Of a DNA stretch of 32,000 nucleotides, positions 15,898 to 24,392 are shown one piece after another. The stretch is taken from the NCBI RefSeq assembly GCF_014280175.1, contig NZ_CP047931.1, forward strand, positions 1,890,001 to 1,922,000, written 5' to 3'. Position 1 is the first letter of the stretch; the number at the start of each line of letters is the position of its first letter. Under the pieces are notes generated by a model, which saw only the letters and a program-made list of their open reading frames with translations, did no database searches and had not been told where the DNA came from. A program made the position numbers and the translations under genes. This DNA is from Synechococcus sp. A15-28 (GTDB taxonomy: Bacteria; Cyanobacteriota; Cyanobacteriia; PCC-6307; Cyanobiaceae).

Positions 15898-16626
15898 ATG
15901 GCGACGTTAAGCACCCTGCTGGCTCCCGACCTCATGCAACCGGGAACGCAGTGGACCCTGTTGAGCGACGTCAATGGCTATGGGCGTCCCGTGGGCCACA
16001 GCCTCACCACCCAGGGCCGCCGTGGTCGCAGCATCCGTCTTTTGGAGTGGAGCAGTGGACGACTGCTGGTGCAGCTGCTGGAGGACGGCTACCGCTGCTG
16101 GATGGACCTCAATGACCTGATCGGTCGAGCGGAGCAACGGCCTGATTGGATGCCCACCTTGCTGCCGGCGATGGAAATCCAGCGGCGACTGCCGGCGGTG
16201 CTGGCCTGGAGCGAACGCGCCGAACAACAGCCCAACCACTACCTCTGGGGCGGAACCACTGAACCCAACATGGATTGCTCAGGCCTGATGCAATTGGCCT
16301 TCGCCAGCGAGGGTGTCTGGATCCCACGAGACGCCTATCAGCAGGAGCGTTTCTGCCAACCGGTGGCCGTTCAGGTGGGTCAACTGCAGCTGCTGCGCCC
16401 GGGAGATCTGATTTTCTTTGGTTCAGCACGGCGTTGCTCCCATGTGGGGCTCTATCTGGGCGATGGGTTCTACCGCCACAGCTCCGGCCGGGAGCATGGC
16501 CGCGACGGGATCGGCGTCGACAGCCTCCACGCAGCGGACCCCCATCCTGTGGCCAGCCACTATCGGGCGGAACTGAGGGGAGCGGGTCGCGTGATGCGTT
16601 GCCACGACGGAACCCCCCTCAGCTGA
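15898..16626 (+). CDS. NlpC/P60-family cell-wall peptidase with an N-terminal SH3-like region
   Basis: 242 aa. The catalytic Cys context is NMDCSGLMQLAF and the His context is CSHVGLYLGDGFYRHSS. Confidence 0.8.
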   Translation: MATLSTLLAPDLMQPGTQWTLLSDVNGYGRPVGHSLTTQGRRGRSIRLLEWSSGRLLVQLLEDGYRCWMDLNDLIGRAEQRPDWMPTLLPAMEIQRRLPAVLAWSERAEQQPNHYLWGGTTEPNMDCSGLMQLAFASEGVWIPRDAYQQERFCQPVAVQVGQLQLLRPGDLIFFGSARRCSHVGLYLGDGFYRHSSGREHGRDGIGVDSLHAADPHPVASHYRAELRGAGRVMRCHDGTPLS

Positions 16627-16675
16627 ACCCAGCGGCGGGTCGGCTTAGGTTGCAGCGATCAGTAGACCCTGAGGC

Positions 16676-17638
16676 ATGAGCACACCCCTGGACCTGTCCG
16701 TGGTGGTGCCCCTCTACAACGAGGAGGAAAGCCTGCCCCATCTGGTGGAGCAGTTGCTTCAGGCGCTGAGACCCAGCAGCGAACGTTTCGAACTGGTGTT
16801 GGTCAACGACGGCTCCAGCGACCGAACCGCTGAGGTCCTGGAGCAGATCAGCCGGGAGGTCCCGGAATTGGTGGCGGTGCTGCTGCGCAAGAACTACGGC
16901 CAGACCGCCGCTATGGCCGCCGGGTTTGATGTCGCCCAGGGCGAGGTGATCGTGAGCCTCGATGGCGACCTGCAGAACGATCCTGCCGACATCCCGATGC
17001 TGCTGGCCAAACTGCGGCAGGGCTATGACCTGGTGAGCGGCTGGCGCCATCAGCGCCAGGACGCTGCTCTGCAACGCAAACTCCCCTCCCGCATCGCCAA
17101 CCGCCTGATCGGGCGCGTCACCGGCGTGAAGCTGCACGACTACGGCTGCTCCCTCAAGGCCTACCGGCGGGAGGTGCTTTCAGATATGCGCCTCTACGGC
17201 GAGCTGCATCGCTTCCTGCCGGCGCTGGCCTTCATCGAGGGGGCCCGGATCACCGAGGTGAAGGTGAATCACCGGGCCCGCCAATTCGGCAGCAGCAAAT
17301 ACGGCATCGACCGCACCTTCCGGGTGCTGATGGACCTGCTGACGGTGTGGTTCATGAAACGCTTCCTCACCCGTCCGATGTACGTCTTCGGGTTCGGGGG
17401 ACTGATCGCCATGTTCGGCAGCCTTGTAGCCAGCACCTATCTCCTGGCGGTGAAGCTGATGGGTGGAGACATCGGCAACCGCCCCCTTCTCACCCTCGCG
17501 GTTGTGCTGGGGCTGGCGGGGATTCAGTTGTTCTGCTTCGGCCTGCTGGGGGAACTGCTGATCCGCACTTATCACGAAAGTCAGGGACGACCGATCTACC
17601 GCATCCGCGACACATTGCGCGGTGGCCGCACCGGCTGA
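16676..17638 (+). CDS. Family 2 glycosyltransferase (polyprenol-phosphate sugar transferase, GtrB/ArnC-like)
   Basis: 320 aa. Features are VVVPLYNEEESL, the DxD motif in SLDGDLQNDP, and two C-terminal TM segments (MYVFGFGGLIAMFGSLVASTYLL and LLTLAVVLGLAGIQLFCFGLLGELL). Confidence 0.82.
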   Translation: MSTPLDLSVVVPLYNEEESLPHLVEQLLQALRPSSERFELVLVNDGSSDRTAEVLEQISREVPELVAVLLRKNYGQTAAMAAGFDVAQGEVIVSLDGDLQNDPADIPMLLAKLRQGYDLVSGWRHQRQDAALQRKLPSRIANRLIGRVTGVKLHDYGCSLKAYRREVLSDMRLYGELHRFLPALAFIEGARITEVKVNHRARQFGSSKYGIDRTFRVLMDLLTVWFMKRFLTRPMYVFGFGGLIAMFGSLVASTYLLAVKLMGGDIGNRPLLTLAVVLGLAGIQLFCFGLLGELLIRTYHESQGRPIYRIRDTLRGGRTG

Positions 17639-18060
17639 GCCGAAGCGCGGCGGGGCGCTCCGCGGAACGGTTCCATCGCCTCAGCAGCAGCCTCCACCAC
17701 CCGGGCGTCGCTGTCCCGCAGGGCGCGCTTGAGCAACGGCAAGACGCAACGGTGTCCCCACAGGGCTGCTTCCCGCACCGCTTCAAGCCGTTCCTCCGGC
17801 CCCGCTGCCATGCGCCCTCGCAGCCGCTGCTGCAATGCCAGACGCTCCTGTTCCGTTTGGGGAGCCGTCCAATTCGCCGGAGGATCCTCGCTGGCGCTGT
17901 CTGGAGGGGATGATTCGATCACCAGCTCGAGCTGCGCCCGATTCAGTTGGGCCACCGTGCTGGTGTCGGTGCTGCTGAGCATGGGTTTGACCGGCTTGCG
18001 GCGCAGCCACAGGACCACCGTCAGAAGAACGACAGCACCGGGGACGAGAACGTTCTGCAT
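17596..18060 (-). CDS. Single-pass membrane protein with a HEAT-like repeat
   Basis: The track ORF is 17596..18291. I start it at the ATG at 18060 (MQNVLVPGAVVLLTVVLWLRR, an N-terminal anchor) because the upstream extension overlaps psaI antisense. The HEAT-like segment is RLEAVREAALWGHRCVLPLLKRALRDSDARVVEAAAEAM. Confidence 0.6.
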   Translation of the reverse strand: MQNVLVPGAVVLLTVVLWLRRKPVKPMLSSTDTSTVAQLNRAQLELVIESSPPDSASEDPPANWTAPQTEQERLALQQRLRGRMAAGPEERLEAVREAALWGHRCVLPLLKRALRDSDARVVEAAAEAMEPFRGAPRRASAQPVRPPRNVSRMR

Positions 18061-18150
18061 GCGGATTGAACTTTTATGTCGCCGTTGCGGCCTGAAAGAG
18101 ACCGTCAGATCAGTGATCTCTACAGTAGCGGCGAAGCTTTTGGCCTCGAC

Positions 18151-18267
18151 ATGACTGGAGATTTCGCTGCTGCCTGGCTGCCTGCGATTTTCGTTCCCAT
18201 TACCGGAATCGTCTTCCCTGCAGTGTTCATCGTCCTCGTCGGTCGAGTGATCACCGCCGCCGAGTGA
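18151..18267 (+). CDS. psaI: Photosystem I subunit VIII (PsaI)
   Basis: 38 aa, [38 protein letters not shown], a single TM helix. It lies 43 nt upstream of psaL, as in cyanobacterial psaI-psaL operons, and is embedded in track ORF 18076..18267. Confidence 0.75.
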   Translation: MTGDFAAAWLPAIFVPITGIVFPAVFIVLVGRVITAAE

Positions 18268-18310
18268 CCGCGAATTGCGGATCGTTTCCACCCCTCAGCA
18301 TTCGACTTCA

Positions 18311-18802
18311 ATGACCGTCACTCCCGTCTCTGACCCCTGCGTAGGCAATCTCGCCACCCCGGTGAACAGCGGCTATTTCATCAAGGGCCTGATCAACAAC
18401 CTGCCCCTGTACCGCCCCGGCATCTCCCCCAACTTCCGCGGCCTGGAGACCGGTGCAGCCTTTGGCTATCTGCTGTACGGCCCCTTCACCATCTGCGGTC
18501 CCCTGCGGGCCACGGAGTATCAGCAGACCGCAGGCCTGCTGGCCGCCATCGGCGCGGTTCACATCCTCAGCCTGCTGTTCCTGCTGTACAACCAGCCCGG
18601 CAAGCAACCCAACATCCCCCCCGCGGACGCCACGGTTGAAAACCCACCGGCTGACCTGTTCACCCGCACCGGCTGGGCTGACTTCACCAGCGGCTTCTGG
18701 CTGGGCGGCTGCGGCGGTGCCGTGTTCGCCTGGTTCCTCTGCAACACAGTGCACGTTCAGGAGCTGTTCAAGATCGCTGCCGGGGTCTGGAGCGTCGGCT
18801 GA
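18311..18802 (+). CDS. psaL: Photosystem I subunit XI (PsaL)
   Basis: The track ORF is 18275..18802. The ATG at 18311 gives [53 protein letters not shown], a typical PsaL N-terminus. Confidence 0.88.
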   Translation: MTVTPVSDPCVGNLATPVNSGYFIKGLINNLPLYRPGISPNFRGLETGAAFGYLLYGPFTICGPLRATEYQQTAGLLAAIGAVHILSLLFLLYNQPGKQPNIPPADATVENPPADLFTRTGWADFTSGFWLGGCGGAVFAWFLCNTVHVQELFKIAAGVWSVG

Positions 18803-18849
18803 TCTGCCCCTGGGGCCTCAGTCACTGATCTGACCAATCCCATCGCTGA

Positions 18850-18886
18850 CCCTCTGCTGTTCCCTCTTGGTGCAGCTGAGGGTTTT
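18850..18886 (+). terminator. Candidate intrinsic terminator after psaL
   Basis: CCCTCTGCTG (18850-18859) pairs with CAGCTGAGGG (18873-18882) in 9 of 10 positions. The loop is 13 nt and TTTT follows at 18883-18886. Confidence 0.45.
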
Positions 18887-18922
18887 CGACTGTCAAGATC
18901 CACCCATCTCTGAGTCGTCCCG

Positions 18923-21900
18923 GTGCGGTCGCTCTCCCAGCCGTTTCTGCGCCGACCGGTCTTCACCGTTGTCTGCAGCCTGCTGATCCTGCTGGCGGGC
19001 CTCGTGGCCCTCACCGGTCTTGGACTCGAGGACCTGCCGCAGTTGGCTCCGACCCGGGTCAGCGTTCGAGCCACCTTTGCTGCGGCGTCACCGGAAGTGG
19101 TGGAGCAGAGCGTCACGGCCGTCCTGGAACAGCAGCTCAATGGCCTGGAGGGGCTGGAGAGCATCAGCTCCAACAGTCGCCAGGGGGGCGCCAGCATCAG
19201 CCTGCGGTTCAGCGAAGGCGATCCCGAGCTGAATGCCATCAAGGTGCAGAACGAAGTGAACCTCGCCACCCGCCGCCTGCCTCAGGCGGTGAGCCGTCAG
19301 GGGCTGCGGGTGCGCCGGTCCTCGGATGACCTGCTGATGATCCTTGGCTTCAGCCATCCGCCCGACCAATACGTCTCCACCTTTCTGGCCGGCTGGCTGG
19401 ATCAATCCCTGCGGGAGTCACTGCTCACCACCCCCGGCGTCGGCGATGTGCTGGTGTTTGGCAGCAGTGAGCTCTCCTTTCGCCTCTGGCTCGATCCAGA
19501 TCGACTGGAACAGGCCAACCTCACCATTTCAGACGTCAGCCGAGCCCTGGCGGAGCAGAACGTTCTGGCCGCCATCGGCAGCCTGGGCGCCTCTCCAGCG
19601 CCGGATGGTCAGCTGATCAGCCTGCCCGTGGATGCCGAGGGACGGCTGCTGAGTCAGAAGGATTTCGAAAACCTGATCCTGCGCCGCCTCGACAACGGCG
19701 GCCTGCTGCGCCTCAAGGATGTGGGCCGCGTCGAGCTGGGACAGCGCAGCTACGGCAGCCAGGCCATGAATCTCGACGGGCAGCGCTCCGTGGCCGTGGG
19801 GCTCTACCAACGGGATGGAGCCAATGCCCTGGAGGTGAGCCGAGCTGTCAAGGCCGAGCTGAAGCGACTGGAACCCAGCTTCCCGCCCGGGATCGAGACC
19901 TCGATGATCGTGGACGTGGCTGACAACGTCCAGGCCAACCTCGACCGCACCATCGCCACCCTGCGGGATGCCGTGCTTCTGGTGCTGGTGGTGCTGGTGC
20001 TGTTCCTGGGACGCTGGCGCCTCGCCCTGATCCCTGGTCTTGCCGTGCCGGTGGCCCTGGTGGGAAGCCTGGTGCTGGTGAAACTGAGCGGCTCCAACCT
20101 CAACAGTCTGATTCTATTTGGGATGGTGATGGCCACGGGAATCGTGGTCGATGACGCGATCGTGGTGAGCGAGGACATCGCCGGTCGGATCGAACGGGGG
20201 GATGCCCCAAAAGCTGCGGCAGAAGACGCCATGGCCGAACTGGCCGGAGCGGTTGTGGCCACCTCCCTGGTGCTGGCTGCCGTGTTCGTGCCGGTGCTGC
20301 TGATCCCCGGCTCCGTGGGACGGCTGTATCAACCGATTGCCCTGGCCATCAGCGGCGCCATTCTGTTCTCCACCCTCAACGCCCTCTCCTTCACACCGAT
20401 GGCCTGCGCCCGGGTGCTGGACTCCGGCGAAGGGCGACTGCCGGGTCCGCTGCGACGCCTGAGCAGCGGGCTGAGGCAAGGCATGAGCAACCTGCAGCGG
20501 CGCTACGCAAATTTGCTGGAGCGTTGGCTGCGGCGCGCCCCGCTGGTGCTGGGCCTGCTGCTGACGGGACTGCTCATCACCGGCGCTGGGCTGGCGGCGA
20601 TGCCCACCGCCTTCATCCTCAACGAAGACCAGAGCCAGATCCGCGGCTATTTCACCCTGCCGGAGGGAGCAAGCCTGGAACGCACGGTGGCGGTGATGGA
20701 CCGCATCCGTGCTGTGGTGGCTGAAGAGCCGTTGATCCGCACGGGCAACTTTTATGCCGGTCGATCCTTCGGCCAGAGCGGTGAGGACCGTGGGTCGTTC
20801 TATCTACGGCTCCAGCCACTGGAGGAACGGTCCGGTCGCGATCAGAGCAGTGATGCGGTGAAACGACGGCTGAACCGGGCCATCCGCAGCCGGATCGGCG
20901 ACGCCCGTGTGGTGGTCACCACCCCAGCCACTGTGCGGGGCTTCAGCAGCGAATCCGGATTGAGGCTGGAACTGCTGGACCGCAGCGGCGGGCAACTCAG
21001 CCTGCAGGAGTTCGAAGCCGTGGCCCAGCGCTTCATCGACACCGCCCAAGCCAGCAACCGCTTTGAACGGGTGAGCACCCGCTTCGATGCCAGCTCCCCC
21101 CGCTGGCGCCTCAGTCTTGATCGGGATCTTCTTGCTGGCCTCGACCTCGATCTCAACACCACCCTGCGCGACATCGGCACGGCCATCGGCGGCCGCTACA
21201 TCGACGACACCTACGAGGGGGGGCGCATCCGCAGCATCTATCTGCAGTTGGACGGAGAGCGTCGAGCCGGCCCGGAGGACCTCAGCGGCTTGATGGTGCG
21301 CAACCGCAGCGGAGAGCTGGTCTCTTTGGAGAACGTGGCCACCCTGACCCGAACGGAAGGGGCCAACAGCATTCGCCACTATGGCCTCAACCGGGCCATC
21401 ACGGTCACGGCGGTGCCGGCCCCTGGGGTGAGCAGCGGTCAGGCGATTCAGCAACTCAAGGCCGCTGGCGATTCGGTGGGGGGCAACAACATCGGGCTGA
21501 CCTTCACGGGCCTGGCCCTGGAAGAGCAAAAGGCAGCCCGCTCAACCTGGGTGCTGTTCAGCCTCGGGGTGGTGGTGGTGTATCTGCTGCTGGCGGCGCT
21601 CTACGAAAGCTTTGTGGATCCGCTGATCATTTTGCTCACGGTGCCCATTGCCCTGATGGGGGCGCTGATCGGGCTGAAATTGCGCGGTCTGCCCCTGGAT
21701 GTCTACGGACAGATGGGACTGCTGGTGTTGGTGAGCCTGGCGGCCAAGAACGGCATCCTGATTGTCGAATTCGCGAACCAACGGCTCAACGCCGGCATGA
21801 ACCTGCGTGAGGCGATCCTCGGCGCCGCCGTGAACCGAATGCGGCCGATCCTGCTCACAGCAGTCACCTCCCTGGCCGGCTTTCTACCGCTGCTGCTGGC

Positions 21901-22033
21901 CCAGGGCAGCGGTTCCGCCAGCCGGATCAGCATTGGCACGGTGGTGTTCAGCGGCCTGCTGGTCTCCTCTTGGCTGTCCTTGTTTGTGGTGCCGACGGTG
22001 TATTTGTTGCTGAAACGCTGGCGTCCGGCATGA
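18923..22033 (+). CDS. RND-family efflux transporter (AcrB/AcrD/AcrF-like inner-membrane pump)
   Basis: 1036 aa with a GTG start. The N-terminus MRSLSQPFLRRPVFTVVCSLLILLAG is typical, and the size and the 12-TM/large-loop organisation fit the family (for example GMVMATGIVVDDAIVV and LAAKNGILIVEFAN). Confidence 0.88.
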   Translation: MRSLSQPFLRRPVFTVVCSLLILLAGLVALTGLGLEDLPQLAPTRVSVRATFAAASPEVVEQSVTAVLEQQLNGLEGLESISSNSRQGGASISLRFSEGDPELNAIKVQNEVNLATRRLPQAVSRQGLRVRRSSDDLLMILGFSHPPDQYVSTFLAGWLDQSLRESLLTTPGVGDVLVFGSSELSFRLWLDPDRLEQANLTISDVSRALAEQNVLAAIGSLGASPAPDGQLISLPVDAEGRLLSQKDFENLILRRLDNGGLLRLKDVGRVELGQRSYGSQAMNLDGQRSVAVGLYQRDGANALEVSRAVKAELKRLEPSFPPGIETSMIVDVADNVQANLDRTIATLRDAVLLVLVVLVLFLGRWRLALIPGLAVPVALVGSLVLVKLSGSNLNSLILFGMVMATGIVVDDAIVVSEDIAGRIERGDAPKAAAEDAMAELAGAVVATSLVLAAVFVPVLLIPGSVGRLYQPIALAISGAILFSTLNALSFTPMACARVLDSGEGRLPGPLRRLSSGLRQGMSNLQRRYANLLERWLRRAPLVLGLLLTGLLITGAGLAAMPTAFILNEDQSQIRGYFTLPEGASLERTVAVMDRIRAVVAEEPLIRTGNFYAGRSFGQSGEDRGSFYLRLQPLEERSGRDQSSDAVKRRLNRAIRSRIGDARVVVTTPATVRGFSSESGLRLELLDRSGGQLSLQEFEAVAQRFIDTAQASNRFERVSTRFDASSPRWRLSLDRDLLAGLDLDLNTTLRDIGTAIGGRYIDDTYEGGRIRSIYLQLDGERRAGPEDLSGLMVRNRSGELVSLENVATLTRTEGANSIRHYGLNRAITVTAVPAPGVSSGQAIQQLKAAGDSVGGNNIGLTFTGLALEEQKAARSTWVLFSLGVVVVYLLLAALYESFVDPLIILLTVPIALMGALIGLKLRGLPLDVYGQMGLLVLVSLAAKNGILIVEFANQRLNAGMNLREAILGAAVNRMRPILLTAVTSLAGFLPLLLAQGSGSASRISIGTVVFSGLLVSSWLSLFVVPTVYLLLKRWRPA

Positions 22034-23166
22034 CCTCAACACCTCCTGCGGCTGCGGTCCGCCGTCGGTTGATCCTGCACGCCGGCACCCACAAGACCGC
22101 CTCAACGGACATCCAATCGAGGCTGCTGCGCAGCCGGGCGTTGCTGGAGCAACAGCACATTCAGTACCGGTTTCCCCTGGCGGAGATTCCTGATTTCAAA
22201 CCCCTCATCAAAGCGATCACGCGAGGGGATTGGAGCCTGTGGCGTGACTATCTGGAGGCCATGGCCCGTCACGATGGCGATGTGCTGCTGAGTGCTGAAC
22301 AGTTCGCCCCTCGCCTCACGCAACGAACGACGCTCCGCCAGCTGAGGCGTTTAGCCCGGGAGAACGGTTATGAGCTGACGGTTGTGATTTTCATCCGATC
22401 ACAGCTCGATTACATCAACTCCCGTTATGCCTACACGCTGAAGCGTTTTTATCACACAACAACATTCAATGAGTATGTGGAGGAAGTGTTGGCGGGCCGT
22501 TTGCCCTCCAGCGGAACATTCACGGGGCCCAATGCCAAACGCAGTGATGTGTTCGACTTCTGGAGTTATTTCTCTGCCCTGCTGAATGAACGAAAGCGGG
22601 GACTGGATGTGCGCTTCATTCCCTTTCGCCAGACGGAGCAAGACCCGCTGCGACAACTGCTGAGGACCCTTGATCTCAATCCGGATCTGAACTGGGCCGC
22701 CAGCCGTTCAGAGGACCTCAATGCAAGTCCGGGCCCTCGCGCCACCTGGTTGGCACGCCAAGTGGGGCTGCGCCTGGCCCGCCATGGCATCAGCCATCGG
22801 GTCATCGAGAATTCCTCTGCGATCGTTCCGCGGGAGCAGAGCTTCCGTCGTTGGAACGATGGCAATTACTGGGGATTCGACAGGGATCTCGCCAGGGTCG
22901 TGCGACGGCATTTCAAGGACAACAACAACCGCTTTGCCGAAGCGGTCTGGGGACGGCGCTGGAAGGAGGTGTTCGTTCAGGACAAGACCCTGCTGCAACG
23001 CCCGCAAGCGGTGTACGCACCGGAGAGTGCGAGCGAAATGGTGGCGATGCAACGCATCGCTGATCATGTGCTGCTGCGCATCCAGCGACGGCTGCAACCC
23101 AGGGCGTTTCACCGATTGCGGGAAGCCGTGGAGCGATTGGGTTCAACCCTGCCGGGAACGATTTAA
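22030..23166 (+). CDS. Sulfotransferase-like P-loop protein (hypothetical)
   Basis: The track ORF is 21970..23166. The ATG at 22030 overlaps the RND stop (ATGA). A 5'-PSB-like loop is ILHAGTHKTASTD, and a 3'-PB-like R-x3-D-x3-S motif is IRSQLDYINS. Confidence 0.55.
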   Translation: MTSTPPAAAVRRRLILHAGTHKTASTDIQSRLLRSRALLEQQHIQYRFPLAEIPDFKPLIKAITRGDWSLWRDYLEAMARHDGDVLLSAEQFAPRLTQRTTLRQLRRLARENGYELTVVIFIRSQLDYINSRYAYTLKRFYHTTTFNEYVEEVLAGRLPSSGTFTGPNAKRSDVFDFWSYFSALLNERKRGLDVRFIPFRQTEQDPLRQLLRTLDLNPDLNWAASRSEDLNASPGPRATWLARQVGLRLARHGISHRVIENSSAIVPREQSFRRWNDGNYWGFDRDLARVVRRHFKDNNNRFAEAVWGRRWKEVFVQDKTLLQRPQAVYAPESASEMVAMQRIADHVLLRIQRRLQPRAFHRLREAVERLGSTLPGTI

Positions 23167-23507
23167 AAACTGTGGCGGGTCCCGGGATCAGCCCAGAACA
23201 CCTTGAGTGTGAGCTCTGGTGTTGTGAATTGGATCCCAGCCTCGTCATTGAAGCGCTGATAAGTGACGTTCTGCTTGGACGCTGGAAAGTCAAATTGCAG
23301 TCCACCAGGCAAACCAGGGTTCATCACCACGTGAACGTTGCCCTGGGACTGGCTGAACTGACAATTGGCAGCGCTATTGGTCCGCTTCATCACCGGAGAC
23401 TTCACGTGCAGATGGCAATGCACGCGAGCGGTATCGGCATCAACAGGAGGCGCAGTTCCTAGGAAAAGGGAGCAAACCGTGCCCACAAGCAGCTTGTTTG
23501 CGCTCAT
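23163..23507 (-). CDS. Small secreted hypothetical protein
   Basis: The track ORF is 23163..23510 (TTG start), and an ATG lies at 23507. A signal-peptide-like N-terminus is MSANKLLVGTVCSLFLGTAPPVDA. I recognise no family. Confidence 0.5.
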   Translation of the reverse strand: MSANKLLVGTVCSLFLGTAPPVDADTARVHCHLHVKSPVMKRTNSAANCQFSQSQGNVHVVMNPGLPGGLQFDFPASKQNVTYQRFNDEAGIQFTTPELTLKVFWADPGTRHSF

Positions 23508-23510
23508 CAA

Positions 23511-24251
23511 TTAACGCTGCAACAGAACATGGCGGCTGGCGATCCAACTGCCGAACGCGTCATAGCAGCGCTGAATACGCTCCAACCGCTCAGGACAGGG
23601 ACACCACCAGGCCTCGATGGCAAAGCCGCTGCCAGCCCTGACCTGTTCGGGGGCGCGGAAGGCGCCACCATCAGGGAGCCAGCGCAGGCCTTGCACCATG
23701 TCGTTGGTGATCTGCAGTTCATGGGGCGTGATGACAGAATCGACCGCTGAGCGGTCTCGCTCCAGCAACGTCTGCTGTCCACACCAATCGCCCAGAAGCT
23801 GCTCCGCCGTCAGGGGAGGTGCTTCATGGGCATGGACACCGGCACGGTGTTCGCGAATCAGAACCGGGTGATCAAAGCGACCGCTTCCATCCCAGAGCAA
23901 CACCAGGCGATGGCGGCGATCTCGCCAGAGGAATCCGAATTCGGCATAGGGCCTGGACCAGGAGGAGATGAACAGGGAACCCCGTGAAAAGCTGCCGCTG
24001 GAGAAGAAACCCAGCTCAGAATCCACCTGATGGAAGGACTGAGCGATCCGCTTCACCGGATCGCCCTGACGTTGGCCATCGAGAGCATCAGGCCAGAACA
24101 GCAACTCCAGCTCCACAAGGGCGTCGTCCCCCGCAAGGGTGAGTTGCGATGGCTGCCGCCGTCTCAACTCCAGACTCCGGTCCAGCGTGTCGAAGCTGCC
24201 CTGCCAGATGCCGCGGTTGAGCAAAAAGTGACTCCATTGGCGTGACGTCAC
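23511..24251 (-). CDS. Conserved cyanobacterial protein, DUF3598-like
   Basis: The track ORF is 23511..24317. I prefer the GTG at 24251 (MTSRQWSHFLLNRGIWQGSF), which fits my memory of the DUF3598 N-terminus. The longer version would run into the psaB terminator hairpin. Confidence 0.6.
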   Translation of the reverse strand: MTSRQWSHFLLNRGIWQGSFDTLDRSLELRRRQPSQLTLAGDDALVELELLFWPDALDGQRQGDPVKRIAQSFHQVDSELGFFSSGSFSRGSLFISSWSRPYAEFGFLWRDRRHRLVLLWDGSGRFDHPVLIREHRAGVHAHEAPPLTAEQLLGDWCGQQTLLERDRSAVDSVITPHELQITNDMVQGLRWLPDGGAFRAPEQVRAGSGFAIEAWWCPCPERLERIQRCYDAFGSWIASRHVLLQR

Positions 24252-24315
24252 AACCAGCAAGCAAAACCAGGGTCGACAACCTATCCAGCACCAGCCGATG
24301 GAGCGTGGCTGCAAC

Positions 24316-24345
24316 AAAAAACCCCGCCCGGCAAACCGGACGGGG
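24316..24345 (-). terminator. Rho-independent terminator downstream of psaB
   Basis: The minus strand reads CCCCGTCCGG-TTTG-CCGGGCGGGG followed by TTTTTT. The stem is 24322-24331 against 24336-24345 with 9 of 10 pairs, and the plus-strand A-run is 24316-24321. It lies 48 nt after the psaB stop. Confidence 0.75.
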
Positions 24346-24392
24346 TGAATACGAGGAACGACTCGTGAATCAGACGGTTGGACGGATATGAA

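Noticed and set aside
18107-18119. The palindrome AGATCA-G-TGATCT, 32-44 nt upstream of psaI
   Set aside because: The arms are short (6 bp) and I know of no associated regulator. It could be chance, and I note it only for completeness.
18061-18291. The N-terminal 77 codons of the 231-aa minus-strand ORF 17596..18291
   Set aside because: The extension is highly charged ([18 protein letters not shown]) and lies antisense to psaI. The internal ATG at 18060 gives a sensible membrane anchor.
21970-22029. A 20-codon extension of the sulfotransferase-like ORF that overlaps the 3' end of the RND gene
   Set aside because: The ATG at 22030 forms an ATGA overlap with the RND stop, which is a more economical start.
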